Shown here piece after piece: positions 19,020 through 28,860 of a stretch of 60,260 bases of DNA (positions within the stretch are counted from its first letter, which is position 1; each line of letters opens with the position of its first letter). The position numbers and the translations under genes were made by a program. The stretch is from Candidatus Uhrbacteria bacterium GW2011_GWE2_46_68 (GTDB lineage: Bacteria; Patescibacteriota; Patescibacteriia; UBA9934; GWF2-40-263): positions 1 through 60,260 of the forward strand of contig LCMS01000003.1 in assembly GCA_001002765.1 (NCBI GenBank). The letters are read 5' to 3'. The notes under the pieces were generated by a model. That model was not told the DNA's origin. It saw only the letters and a program-made list of their open reading frames with translations, and made no database searches.

Positions 19020-19496
19020 TTATTCCATTTTTCGATTCCACTTCCACGTTTCGAGATCTTCGACCATGTTTTCAGGAACATAGACGTCATGAACCGCCTT
19101 GTAAAGGAGCGATTGTGCTTCGAGAATCTCGGTGTCAGTGAATGGCTCAACCTTTCCATCATCTGATGGACAAGGCTGCCAGACCCATCCACCTCTTGTG
19201 CTTTGGGTAAAGGCATTGCAGCCGTTGGTCACCTCCGGGTAACCGCACCAGAAGATGGCATCCCAGAGTCCATCGTTTTCATGGTCATGGCCAGCGATGC
19301 CACACCACGAACAGCGGTTTGTATCGTTGAGGTGGACGATACGAGTCCAGTCCTTCCGACTTCCAAAAAGGCTATCAACGATTTCAACCGAGTATCCGGT
19401 GATTTCGCCTTTGTAGACGAAATAGCCGGTCGTTTTGGGTTGATTGATACAGGCGGAAAAGGCAAGGGTAAGGATGGAAATGAACAGGGGTCGCAT
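19020..19496 (-). CDS. Hypothetical Trp/Cys-rich lipoprotein
   Basis: AAGGAG 5 nt before ATG 19496; lipobox AFSAC. Confidence 0.6.
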   Translation of the reverse strand: MRPLFISILTLAFSACINQPKTTGYFVYKGEITGYSVEIVDSLFGSRKDWTRIVHLNDTNRCSWCGIAGHDHENDGLWDAIFWCGYPEVTNGCNAFTQSTRGGWVWQPCPSDDGKVEPFTDTEILEAQSLLYKAVHDVYVPENMVEDLETWKWNRKME

Positions 19497-19648
19497 GGGG
19501 TCTCCTTGGGTTGGAGGGGAGTGATTGCGACTACTAAGAATATAAGAAAACTCCAGGTTGTCAATGGGATTTGACCTAAATTTGTACAAAATAAAAAGAA
19601 AACCCCACGTTTAGTGGAGTTTTCTGCCACACTCAATTTTTTTGGATT

Positions 19649-21640
19649 TTAGACAATCAAGGCGGCGATAAGGAGAGCGACGATATTCAAGATTTTGATC
19701 ATGGGGTTAATGGCAGGTCCAGCTGTATCTTTGTATGGATCCCCTACCGTGTCTCCAGTCACTGCGGCTGCGTGAGCTGCAGAACCCTTTCCACCATAAT
19801 TTCCCGATTCAATGTATTTTTTTGCATTATCCCAAGCGCCGCCACCCGTGGTCATGGAGATAGCAACGAAAAGCCCAGTAATAATGGATCCGATAAGAAG
19901 TCCTCCCAAAGCCTCGGCTCCTAAGGTAAATCCGATAATGATAGGAGCAAATACAGCAAGGAGAGAAGGAATAATCATGTTGCGGATTGCTTCTCGTGTG
20001 ACAATATCAACCGCTTTTCCATAATCAGGCTTTTCTGATCCATCCATAATGCCTTTAATCTCACGAAATTGGCGACGCACTTCGACCACAACACACCCGG
20101 CAGCTTTTCCTACAGCTTCCATAGCCAGGGCTCCAAAGAAGTAAGTGATAAGTCCTCCCAAGAACAATCCGGCAATGACACGAGGGTCCACAAGTTCAAA
20201 TTTTATTGTGACACCTTCGGCTTCAATGGCATGGACATAGTCACCAAAGAGAACAAGAGCGGCTAACCCGGCCGAACCGATCGCATAAGCTTTTGTAACA
20301 GCTTTTGTGGTGTTGCCTACCGCATCAAGAGGATCGGTAACAGCACGTACTTCTTTTGGGAGTTCGGCCATCTCAGCAATTCCTCCGGCATTGTCTGTGA
20401 TCGGACCATAAGCATCGATTGTCACGATGATTCCAGTTAAAGACAGCATAGCCATCGCCGCAATCGCAATTCCATATAAACCACCAAGGTTATAAGCGAC
20501 AAGGATGCCAAGGACAATGGTTAAAACAGGGAGGGCTGTAGATTTCATGGAAAGGGCAAGTCCGGCAATAATATTGGTTCCATGACCGGAGACGGATGCT
20601 TCGGCAAGTTTCTTGACCGGAGAGTATTGGGTGCCTGTATAGTACTCGGTGATTATAATCATAAGACCGGTGATCACGAGGCCTACCAAGGAACAAAAAT
20701 AGATGTTCAAAGAAGAAAGATCGGCAATAGGTGCCAACATGATGCGCGTGATTGGATAAAAACCAATAGCTGCTAAAATACCTGCAGCTGCCAAACCCTT
20801 GTAAAGAGCTTTCATGATTTTTTGATCCTTTCCAAGACGAATGAAAAGCGTTCCAATAATTGAAGCGACAATAGCGATAGAACCAAGGGCAAGTGGGTAA
20901 TAGATTAATTCAGGATTGTGAGGGAAAAGCAAGGTGCCAAGGACGATGGCCGCAACCGTGGTCACTGCATAGGTTTCAAAAAGATCGGCAGCCATTCCAG
21001 CACAATCCCCTACATTATCACCGACATTGTCAGCAATCACCGCAGGGTTACGAGGGTCATCCTCGGGGATACCCGCCTCGGTTTTTCCAACAAGATCAGC
21101 ACCGACATCAGCCGCCTTTGTAAAGATTCCTCCTCCCAAACGTGCAAAAACGCTGATCAAAGATCCTCCAAATCCAAGTCCGATAAGGGCATGGACATCA
21201 TGGGTAAGAGCATAAAAACCGGCAACACCGATAATTCCAAGGCCGACGACGAAAAGTCCGGTTACTGATCCTCCGCGCACAGCTACTTTGAGTGCTTGGG
21301 CAAGACCCTGTTTAGCCGCTTCGGTAGTGCGCACATTTGCACGTACAGATACTGACATACCGATCACTCCGGCAAGGGCGGACAAAATCGCACCAACCAG
21401 AAATCCAAAAGCCAAGGTCCAACCAAGAAAAGCCCCAAGAACAAAGAATATTACTATACCGATCGCGGCCACCATTTTGTATTGACGAGCCATGTAGGCG
21501 TTAGCACCTTCTTGAATTGCCAGAGCAATCCCTATCATTTTTCCTTCTCCCGCAGGGAGTTTAAGGATCCAGCGGATGAGGATTCCTCCGTAGATGAGAG
21601 CAAGAAGCCCTGCTCCTATGGCGTATAAAGTCAGATCCAT
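19649..21640 (-). CDS. hppA: Membrane-bound H+-translocating pyrophosphatase
   Basis: [26 protein letters not shown] and [14 protein letters not shown]. Confidence 0.97.
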   Translation of the reverse strand: MDLTLYAIGAGLLALIYGGILIRWILKLPAGEGKMIGIALAIQEGANAYMARQYKMVAAIGIVIFFVLGAFLGWTLAFGFLVGAILSALAGVIGMSVSVRANVRTTEAAKQGLAQALKVAVRGGSVTGLFVVGLGIIGVAGFYALTHDVHALIGLGFGGSLISVFARLGGGIFTKAADVGADLVGKTEAGIPEDDPRNPAVIADNVGDNVGDCAGMAADLFETYAVTTVAAIVLGTLLFPHNPELIYYPLALGSIAIVASIIGTLFIRLGKDQKIMKALYKGLAAAGILAAIGFYPITRIMLAPIADLSSLNIYFCSLVGLVITGLMIIITEYYTGTQYSPVKKLAEASVSGHGTNIIAGLALSMKSTALPVLTIVLGILVAYNLGGLYGIAIAAMAMLSLTGIIVTIDAYGPITDNAGGIAEMAELPKEVRAVTDPLDAVGNTTKAVTKAYAIGSAGLAALVLFGDYVHAIEAEGVTIKFELVDPRVIAGLFLGGLITYFFGALAMEAVGKAAGCVVVEVRRQFREIKGIMDGSEKPDYGKAVDIVTREAIRNMIIPSLLAVFAPIIIGFTLGAEALGGLLIGSIITGLFVAISMTTGGGAWDNAKKYIESGNYGGKGSAAHAAAVTGDTVGDPYKDTAGPAINPMIKILNIVALLIAALIV

Positions 21641-21729
21641 ACGTATATTGTTGCGAGTATTAGAGAATTAAAAAGTGAAAAATACGTTGATATACTAGGA
21701 AAAAATACCATTTTCGTCAATGGAAGACT

Positions 21730-22335
21730 ATGAAGACCATATCTCATTATGATTTTGAATCCGAGGCGCGCGAGCGCGGTTTTATTTGCGTAGCCGGAGT
21801 GGATGAGGCTGGGTGTGGAGCTTTGGCCGGGCCGGTTGTTGCCGGAGCTGTAGTGCTACCCTTAGGATTAGAACTCGAGACAGTGCAAGACAGTAAACAG
21901 CTAACACCAAAGGCGAGAGAAAAAGCTTTTGAGCTTATTGCATCTTCAGCTTTGGCTTGGGCAACCGGGCAAGCAAGCGTAGAGGAGATTGAAACGATCA
22001 ATATCAGACAAGCAACTTTTTTGGCCATGTGTCGAGCACTTGAGCAGTTAAAAGGCATTGATTTTGTATTGGTTGATGCTTGGACGATTCCGGGCATTAA
22101 CTTCCCACAAAAGGCTATCATTCGAGGTGATCAGATTGTCAAATCCATTTCCGCTGCCTCGATCATGGCAAAGGTGACGCGAGATCACATGATGGAGGCC
22201 TATCATTTAGAGTTTCCGGAGTACGGTTTTAAGGATCATAAGGGGTATGGAACTCTTTTTCACAGAGAGGCGATCGGGCGATTTGGACCCTGTAGAATTC
22301 ATCGAAAGACCTATAAGACTTTTTGCTTTGATTAG
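21730..22335 (+). CDS. rnhB: Ribonuclease HII
   Basis: GVDEAGCGALAGPV, DSKQL, SISAASIMAKVTRD and HKGYGT. Confidence 0.95.
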   Translation: MKTISHYDFESEARERGFICVAGVDEAGCGALAGPVVAGAVVLPLGLELETVQDSKQLTPKAREKAFELIASSALAWATGQASVEEIETINIRQATFLAMCRALEQLKGIDFVLVDAWTIPGINFPQKAIIRGDQIVKSISAASIMAKVTRDHMMEAYHLEFPEYGFKDHKGYGTLFHREAIGRFGPCRIHRKTYKTFCFD

Positions 22336-22356
22336 CTAAAAAGAGCAGTTTTTCCA

Positions 22357-22385
22357 TTGACCGAATACCCCTCCCATGGTATGAT
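22357..22385 (+). promoter_or_regulatory. Sigma-70 promoter upstream of the LysM/M23 gene
   Basis: TTGACC-N17-TATGAT with extended -10 TG. Confidence 0.65.
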
Positions 22386-22555
22386 TTCGCTGCTTTTTTG
22401 GAGGGGCTTTTTGTCGGAAGAGCCGTAATAACCCAATCTTCAGGGGCAAAGGAAAATCGTTTTTGGTCGTTTCCGTTTTCCAACCGCTCGTGAGGCAAGG
22501 GAGCTAAGAGGTTTCTATCCAACTCGTCTTTAAACAATGGATTGTTCGCACCCTT

Positions 22556-23851
22556 TTGACCCTACTTCGCGGGTGCATTTTCTTGAAGCGCCATAGTGGA
22601 CCATTTTTTCGAAAGGTTTTTCCACCTTTCGCTGCGGTCTGGCGTTTTTTTGTTTACACAGGCGTCCTTCCTGTTTATCGTCTTGTTCTCGTTGTTCGTC
22701 GTCACTTAACTGTTTTTCTTGGACCGGCCAAGCACAGGGCTGCTTACATTGTTTCCAACCGTTATGCCTTTCATGCGGCAGTTGTCGCTCTCGCTATTAT
22801 AACGAGTGCTATCAACATTACAGGTGAGGAGGTGCGCGCTGAATCCTTTGGACAAAGAAGCGCCCTTTATCGTCTTGTGGCTCATCATGATGTGGAAAGT
22901 GTTGAGACCGTGACCGCAAAAAACAACAGTCAACTTTTCTCTTCCAGTTATATGGAAGATACGGTTGTTGATGTAAATGCTCACATTGATTTGAACTACA
23001 TCGGCGAGGATTATGTCACCACGCGCGTAGGGGGTGATTCTCTTTCTACTCCTCCCATACAGACAACCGAGGAATCCGCGACTTCCACAACACGAACCGA
23101 GATAATTACGTATATAGTACAAGAAGGAGATATCCTCGGGGCGATTGCGGAAAAACACAGTTTGAGTCTTAGTACGATTTTGTGGGCGAACAATCTAACG
23201 TTTCGCAGTGTGATCCGCCCAGGACAAGAACTTTCCATTCCTCCGGTTGATGGCGTTATCTATCAGGTGAAAAACGGAGATACGCTTTCGAGTATTGCAC
23301 AACGTTATTCTGCAGACATGGAAACAATTTTATCTTTTAATAATTTTTCTTCCACCGATACCTTGAGTATTGGTCAAAGTCTCGTACTTCCGGGGGGAGA
23401 ACCTCCTTCTACCTACATTCCCGTTTCACGTACTGCCCCGGTTTCCAACCTGTTTACCACAGCTCCAACCGCGCGAAGTCCATCAAGCGGGACAGGATCT
23501 TGGGTTTGGCCTTCGGATTGGTATGTCATCACCCAGTATTACGGCTGGCGGCACACAGGACTTGATATTGACGGGGATTACACAACTAACAATTATGCGG
23601 CAAGGGATGGGGTAGTGATTTATAGTGGTTGGCGCAATGGATATGGATTAACTGTAGAGATTGATCATGGAGATGGTTATGTCACACGCTACGCACATCA
23701 CAATAAAAATTACGTGGAAGTGGGAGATGTGGTAATGGCCGGAGACCCGATTGGTCAGACCGGAACAACCGGACGTTCAACGGGAACTCACTTGCACTTT
23801 GAGATTATCAAAGATGGCAAATTTCAAAACCCTCTTGATTATATTCGATAA
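22556..23851 (+). CDS. LysM-domain M23 peptidase (peptidoglycan hydrolase)
   Basis: Two LysM domains (YIVQEGD, YQVKNGD); HTGLD, YAHH and STGTHLHFE; TTG start uncertain because no in-frame ATG. Confidence 0.9.
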   Translation: MTLLRGCIFLKRHSGPFFRKVFPPFAAVWRFFVYTGVLPVYRLVLVVRRHLTVFLGPAKHRAAYIVSNRYAFHAAVVALAIITSAINITGEEVRAESFGQRSALYRLVAHHDVESVETVTAKNNSQLFSSSYMEDTVVDVNAHIDLNYIGEDYVTTRVGGDSLSTPPIQTTEESATSTTRTEIITYIVQEGDILGAIAEKHSLSLSTILWANNLTFRSVIRPGQELSIPPVDGVIYQVKNGDTLSSIAQRYSADMETILSFNNFSSTDTLSIGQSLVLPGGEPPSTYIPVSRTAPVSNLFTTAPTARSPSSGTGSWVWPSDWYVITQYYGWRHTGLDIDGDYTTNNYAARDGVVIYSGWRNGYGLTVEIDHGDGYVTRYAHHNKNYVEVGDVVMAGDPIGQTGTTGRSTGTHLHFEIIKDGKFQNPLDYIR

Positions 23852-23872
23852 AAAATTCATAGTAGATTACAG

Positions 23873-23900
23873 AAGACAGGCCCGCATCGGGTCTGTTTTT
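23873..23900 (+). terminator. Intrinsic terminator
   Basis: aagacaggcccg-cat-cgggtctgttttt. Confidence 0.7.
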
Positions 23901-23930
23901 CGTTTTATAGATCGCGTATCCTAGAGTGGT

Positions 23931-25238
23931 ATGAGATTTTTTCCCAGCATCATTCCCACAGAAGCACATTCCTCCCACGACTATCATCCCCGCACAGGCG
24001 AGGATCCGGCGTCTTCTGCGCTTCTTGGCGAAGCCATCATGGATTCGGTTTCAAGTGTTCGTGATTCTCTTCCTGAACAATACCGCGCGCATTTTGAAAC
24101 TCTGCGACAAGAGATCATTGATTTTACAAAAGCTCACGGGATTCCAAGAGAATCTCTTGGTAAGTCCGACCTCCTGCGTGAGGCGACCTGTAAACTTTCC
24201 ATTCCAGATCTTGAACGACTCGCTCTCCTTCTCGAACGTTTTGAATATCTGCTTAAGAATAGGGAACCAAAGAAAGGAGAGATAGACCCCGCCAGAGCCA
24301 TTGAGTATGTAGAGGAGCATTATCATCTTCGTAAACAATACGATTTTCAAGTAGAGCTTCTTGAGGAAGTAGGCATCCTCAAAGAAGGAGCCATCACTGG
24401 TATAGATGGTCATAAATATCCCGTTCCAACTCTCGAACAAATCGCCATGTGTCTGTTTGAACGTCGTGGTGAACTTTCCACTAAACACGACCAAGGCTTT
24501 ACCAAACTCCTCCTCGTTCCCTTTGGTATGAGTCTCGACTCCCTCCAAGAAACCCTCAAACAATTTCTCCTTAAGTACAAGAAGGATCATCCATCCTTTC
24601 CCCTTGATACTGGCAATCCTCTCTATACATGGTCAGGATATCAAGGAGCAGACATAGGAAATTCCCCCAAGCTTGTCTATTATCCACAGTTTTTTACAAA
24701 AGAAGGTCATGGGGGGAAGACAAAGATGGAGATACTTAGGGAACAAGAAGACAATCAAGATTCCTTTCCCGGTTGGACGGTTCATCTTCTTCAACCATCA
24801 AACTCTGACTCACAAGATACTGAAGCTCCCATGGGCTTTGCTTCTATTCCCCGACAAGGTAAAGGAACATCCCAAGGAGATCTTGTTGCTCGACCTTCTC
24901 TTGAAGCAAACAAAACCTCCATTGAATACCTTTCCATTCTTCAAAAAGCTCAAGATGATGAAGACTCTCCTTATCATGGTGAAACAAGCATGACTCCCGA
25001 AGATTGGATCACAGCCTTTATGATTCATCTTTCGGAAACAGGAAAACCTCTTGATGATGCATGGAACCCCACAAACAAAGAAAGTGTCTCTTGTCTTACA
25101 GGAGCTTTTTTTCGGTCCTCCGTCGTCGTTGTGCCTTACGCGTTTTGGGGCCGTGCCGGTCGGCGGGTTGACTTCAGCGGGTGTGATCCTCGTGATCGGG
25201 ATGAGGGCATTGGGGTGCGGTCTTCGGTGGTGGTTTAA
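23931..25238 (+). CDS. Putative DGR target protein 1 (CLec-like variable C-terminus)
   Basis: Ends VPYAFWGRAGRRVDFSGCDPRDRDEGIGVRSSVVV; 3' 128 nt hold only 10 A; paralog of 48578..49834. Confidence 0.7.
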   Translation: MRFFPSIIPTEAHSSHDYHPRTGEDPASSALLGEAIMDSVSSVRDSLPEQYRAHFETLRQEIIDFTKAHGIPRESLGKSDLLREATCKLSIPDLERLALLLERFEYLLKNREPKKGEIDPARAIEYVEEHYHLRKQYDFQVELLEEVGILKEGAITGIDGHKYPVPTLEQIAMCLFERRGELSTKHDQGFTKLLLVPFGMSLDSLQETLKQFLLKYKKDHPSFPLDTGNPLYTWSGYQGADIGNSPKLVYYPQFFTKEGHGGKTKMEILREQEDNQDSFPGWTVHLLQPSNSDSQDTEAPMGFASIPRQGKGTSQGDLVARPSLEANKTSIEYLSILQKAQDDEDSPYHGETSMTPEDWITAFMIHLSETGKPLDDAWNPTNKESVSCLTGAFFRSSVVVVPYAFWGRAGRRVDFSGCDPRDRDEGIGVRSSVVV

Positions 25239-25280
25239 CCTTTGACCTTTAATCTTTGTCCTTTTTTATTCTTTATTTTT

Positions 25281-25446
25281 ATCCTTCATCGTATAACGTC
25301 CGGTTATCACGTACGTGATGACTGATCATATACCAGGGAAAGATTTTTATCGGCAATAGTCACCCGATGCTAGTCGGGCTGCCGAGCAATATCAACTATC
25401 TTTCCCGCTTAAGGCGACGACGACGTAGTGTTGTATGTGGCGGGAT
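25281..25446 (+). ncRNA. Candidate structured ncRNA (6S-RNA-like long hairpin with central bubble)
   Basis: gggaaagat/atctttccc, tcggca/tgccga and cccga/tcggg nested stems plus a closing stem with G-U pairs that favour the plus strand; about 166 nt, intergenic. Confidence 0.45.
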
Positions 25447-25488
25447 GATTTCAAAGTGTCAGATATCTTATTCAACATTTTATTTTCT

Positions 25489-25878
25489 ATGCAACCTCGA
25501 TTGTGCAAACAATGTCAGGCAAAGGTGGAAGAATGGAATCATACTTGTAAAGGCTGCGGGTATCATCTTGTACTGGAGCCTGAAGAGAAATTGCGCGCCC
25601 GCTATTTACGCACACCTTCCCTTGGCGCACTTTTGTTTACGCAAGGATGGGCACTTGGCGCTCGTGTGTATGTGCTTTTTATTCTTTCTTTGATCCCAGC
25701 TGTTGGGATCGCAGCTCTTATTATTGGAATGATTTTTGGACGGAGGATTTCTTGGAAAATGGGAAGTTGGGGAAGTTGGCAAGAATACACAACACGCATG
25801 CGATTACTCGATGGTATTGGAGTAGCTTGGATTTGTTTGCTCGGGCTTGTGTATCTCTATCTCCGTTTTAAGTCATGA
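25489..25878 (+). CDS. Zinc-ribbon membrane protein
   Basis: CKQC...CKGC followed by three hydrophobic segments; start moved to MQPRL. Confidence 0.7.
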   Translation: MQPRLCKQCQAKVEEWNHTCKGCGYHLVLEPEEKLRARYLRTPSLGALLFTQGWALGARVYVLFILSLIPAVGIAALIIGMIFGRRISWKMGSWGSWQEYTTRMRLLDGIGVAWICLLGLVYLYLRFKS

Positions 25879-27397
25879 GTGAGTTTCCTTCTTTGTATTG
25901 GAGTGCCTCGGCAATATGGGGTGCGGAAATATATTCACATTCTTCCATGTCCGCGATTGTGCGAGCTATTTTGCAAGCGCGGGCATAGCCGCGTGCGGAA
26001 ATACGCTGTTGTCGCAAGGCTTGTCGCAAAATTTCTGAAGCTTCCGTATCTTTTTTACAAAATGTATCAAGCAAAGAAGCGGGGATCTCGGCATTTGAAA
26101 AGATCCCAGCTTTTTTCATACGTTTTTGTTGGATGGTTCTCGCCTTTTCCACTCGTTTTTGTACTTCTTTCGATGTTTCTTGCACATGGGAAGAACAAAA
26201 AGCGTCTGGGTCCAGTCGAGGAACTTCGATGATCAAATCAAAACGATCGAGAAGCGGGCCCGAGAGACGCTTGCGATAATGATGAATCATGGAAGGGGTG
26301 CAAGTGCAGGTTTGTTTTGGATCATCAGCAAAACCGCAAGGACAAGGATTCATAGTGGCGGCCAGAAGAAAGCGTGCAGGAAACTGAATAGTGTTTGCTA
26401 CCCGAGAGATCGTCACTTCCCCATCTTCCATGGGTTGGCGCAAATGTTCGAGCACATGACGAGAAAATTCCGGAAGCTCATCCAGAAATAATATTCCACG
26501 ATGCGCCAAGCTTACCTCACCCGGTTTTGGCCAGGAACCTCCCCCCACAAGAGCAGTCGCTGAACTTGAGTGGTGTGGATGACGAAAAGGCGGCTCAATA
26601 ATGAGGCCTTGGTTAGATTTTAAAATTCCAGCTACAGAAGCAATGGAAGTGGTTTCAATGGATTCTTGATAGGTAAGTGATGGTAAAAGAGAGGGGAGGG
26701 CACGGGCGAGCATGGTTTTCCCTGTTCCCGGCGGGCCTTTGAGAAGCACATTGTGCGCACCAGAGGCAGTGATTTCCAAACCTCGTTTAGCATGAGCTTG
26801 ACCTTTAATGTCTTCCAAAAGGATGGGGTAAACAGAGTGGGCTTTGCGTCCTTGTTTTATTTTGTGGGCAGGAGGAATGACCTGTTCTTTTTTTAGATGT
26901 AAAACAAGATTGATAAGGGAGGAGGCGCCAAAAATAGACAGGGATGGGATCGCCAAAGCTTCTTGAACATTTTCTTTTGGAACAAAAACGTTTTTTGTTT
27001 TGAGATATTGTGCCAAAAGAGCAGCGCCCAGGGTTCCGGTTACAGATCGTATGTCTCCGTTTAAGGCGAGTTCTCCCATGAAAATGGAATCAAGAATCAT
27101 TTCTTTTGAAAACTCACCTTCTGCCAAAAGAATTGCAAGGGCAATGGGAAGATCGTAAAAAGTTCCCTGTTTTTTTACATCAGCTGGCGCCAGATTGATG
27201 GTGAGGCGCGTGCGTGGAAATGGGAAACCGGAATTTTTAATGGCAGAGCGGATACGATCTCTTGCCTCTTTGACCATAGCATCTGGTAATCCCACAATTT
27301 GGAATTGTGGCAGGCCCGGTGAAATATCAGCCTCTACAAAAACCGGAATTGGCTGAATGCCGCAAAGGGCAAGTGTTGTCACATGTTTGGAATACAT
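25868..27397 (-). CDS. comM: YifB/ComM Mg-chelatase-like AAA+ ATPase
   Basis: INLAPADVKKQGTFYDLPIA, GPPGTGKTMLA, GEVSLAHRGILFLDELPEF and SARGYAR; start moved to 27397. Confidence 0.93.
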   Translation of the reverse strand: MYSKHVTTLALCGIQPIPVFVEADISPGLPQFQIVGLPDAMVKEARDRIRSAIKNSGFPFPRTRLTINLAPADVKKQGTFYDLPIALAILLAEGEFSKEMILDSIFMGELALNGDIRSVTGTLGAALLAQYLKTKNVFVPKENVQEALAIPSLSIFGASSLINLVLHLKKEQVIPPAHKIKQGRKAHSVYPILLEDIKGQAHAKRGLEITASGAHNVLLKGPPGTGKTMLARALPSLLPSLTYQESIETTSIASVAGILKSNQGLIIEPPFRHPHHSSSATALVGGGSWPKPGEVSLAHRGILFLDELPEFSRHVLEHLRQPMEDGEVTISRVANTIQFPARFLLAATMNPCPCGFADDPKQTCTCTPSMIHHYRKRLSGPLLDRFDLIIEVPRLDPDAFCSSHVQETSKEVQKRVEKARTIQQKRMKKAGIFSNAEIPASLLDTFCKKDTEASEILRQALRQQRISARGYARACKIARTIADMEECEYISAPHIAEALQYKEGNSLMT

Positions 27398-27449
27398 AAA
27401 ACCCCCTTTTTTTGGGGGGTTCTTATAGTTCCAGAATAGCGGATTTTTG

Positions 27450-27941
27450 TTATTTGTCAATTGATTTTTTTGTGCGCGAGGCAAAAATCAACAGAAGAGC
27501 GCCAGAGACAATAATAAAATCTGAGATATTTAAGGCTGAAGTATCAAAAAAGAGAAGATAGTCCACAGTGAAACCATAGGCGATGCGATCATAGAGATTT
27601 CCTGATGCTCCCAGAACAATCATTATGGCGGCAAGGGAAATAAGCGGAGTGCAGGAGAAATGTTTGAGGATAATTTTAAGTAAGAGAATGCCAAGAATGG
27701 CGGAAACCGAGATTGTGGCGACAGGAGTAAAGGGAATATCAAAAGCAATGCCAAAATTTTTATGAAGACCGATTGTAAAAAAAGACCACTCAAAAAACTC
27801 CCCATTTATCGGGAGTTTTTGTATGATATGCCATTTTGCTATCTCATCGAGAAGAACAATGATTCCCACGACCAAGGAGATGCCACTCACTATCCATGGG
27901 CTTAGAGTTCTTGTGTGAGCGTTTTCTTGCATTGGATGCAT
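27450..27941 (-). CDS. lspA: Lipoprotein signal peptidase II
   Basis: NFGIAF, GASGNLYDRI..G.TVDY and NISD. Confidence 0.9.
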   Translation of the reverse strand: MHPMQENAHTRTLSPWIVSGISLVVGIIVLLDEIAKWHIIQKLPINGEFFEWSFFTIGLHKNFGIAFDIPFTPVATISVSAILGILLLKIILKHFSCTPLISLAAIMIVLGASGNLYDRIAYGFTVDYLLFFDTSALNISDFIIVSGALLLIFASRTKKSIDK

Positions 27942-28276
27942 GAAGTGGATGTTGGACGAGCACGTAGTCGGCGCTCATCAATAATGTTTCCACAGTATTT
28001 ACAACTACCATAGGTTCCTTTTTCAACCATTTTGATAGCTGATTCTACATCGCGCAGAGCTTTTTCTAACTCTCCTTCCAAGGAAAGATTGTCGGAAAAT
28101 TGAGCAACCTCGGAGGCATTTTCATCTTCTTTGTCCCCCATGTTTGGAAAATCCGCATTAAAGTCGGTTGTGGCCGCTTTTGTATTTCGATGAGAAATGG
28201 AAGAGAGTTCTTGCTCTAAACGCGTTTTTTCGGAAAGAAGATTTTTTGTAAGTTCTTCAAGAAGTGCCTTGTCCAT
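27902..28276 (-). CDS. DksA/TraR C4 zinc-finger protein (YlyA-like)
   Basis: Coiled coil with DENASE; CKYCG...ERRLRARP...CIQC. Confidence 0.88.
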   Translation of the reverse strand: MDKALLEELTKNLLSEKTRLEQELSSISHRNTKAATTDFNADFPNMGDKEDENASEVAQFSDNLSLEGELEKALRDVESAIKMVEKGTYGSCKYCGNIIDERRLRARPTSTSCIQCKKTLTQEL

Positions 28277-28816
28277 ACGTTTTTTCAGAGGGAATAAGAT
28301 AAAAAAAGAATAGCATTTTTCGGATATTCTGACAACGGAAATTTTTGAAAAAGAAAAGAGGGCGTAGGCCCGGAATATAATATTTTAAGGCTTCGCCCTC
28401 GACTGGTGTTAGCCAGCTTTTTGGGCATCGGGTTTTGGGTCGGAAAAAGATTTCCGGCGCGAAACTCGGTGCCCATACAGCATGAAGCCTTCACCATAAC
28501 GCATATCCCCCTCTACCATTCATTGGTTTTACTCGAGACAGTCGCAAGCGACTGCATAGGACGAGCGAACCTAGATGTTTGCTTTTGTTTTTGTTTTTTT
28601 GCTCAATCAGAACAGTAGAGAAGCGGGGTATTTTCCGAAAAAAGAAGTGGGGACACTTTTTTTCGGAAAAATTCCCAAATATTGTTGAAAGAACTAACAT
28701 CAACACTATACCATTTTTTTGCCTTATAGTCAAAGGTAGATTTATCACTAGAATTAAACAAAAAACTGACTTGTTGAAATCAGTTGTTGTTCAAGGCTTG
28801 TTTTGAATAAATATAC

Positions 28817-28856
28817 TTATCCACATTTTTGACTGTTTATGTACAACTTATCCACA
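28817..28856 (+). promoter_or_regulatory. Pair of perfect DnaA boxes outside oriC
   Basis: TTATCCACA at 28817-28825 and 28848-28856, same orientation, 31 bp apart. Confidence 0.7.
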
Positions 28857-28860
28857 GAAC

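Noticed and set aside
28420-28500. T-box riboswitch
   Set aside because: TGGGCACC has 8 nt rather than the UGGNACC bulge, and no specifier stem or synthetase gene is evident.
28285-28748. Short ORFs (70-85 aa) in the dksA upstream gap
   Set aside because: They have no protein-like motifs and overlap hairpins, so the region is better explained as non-coding.
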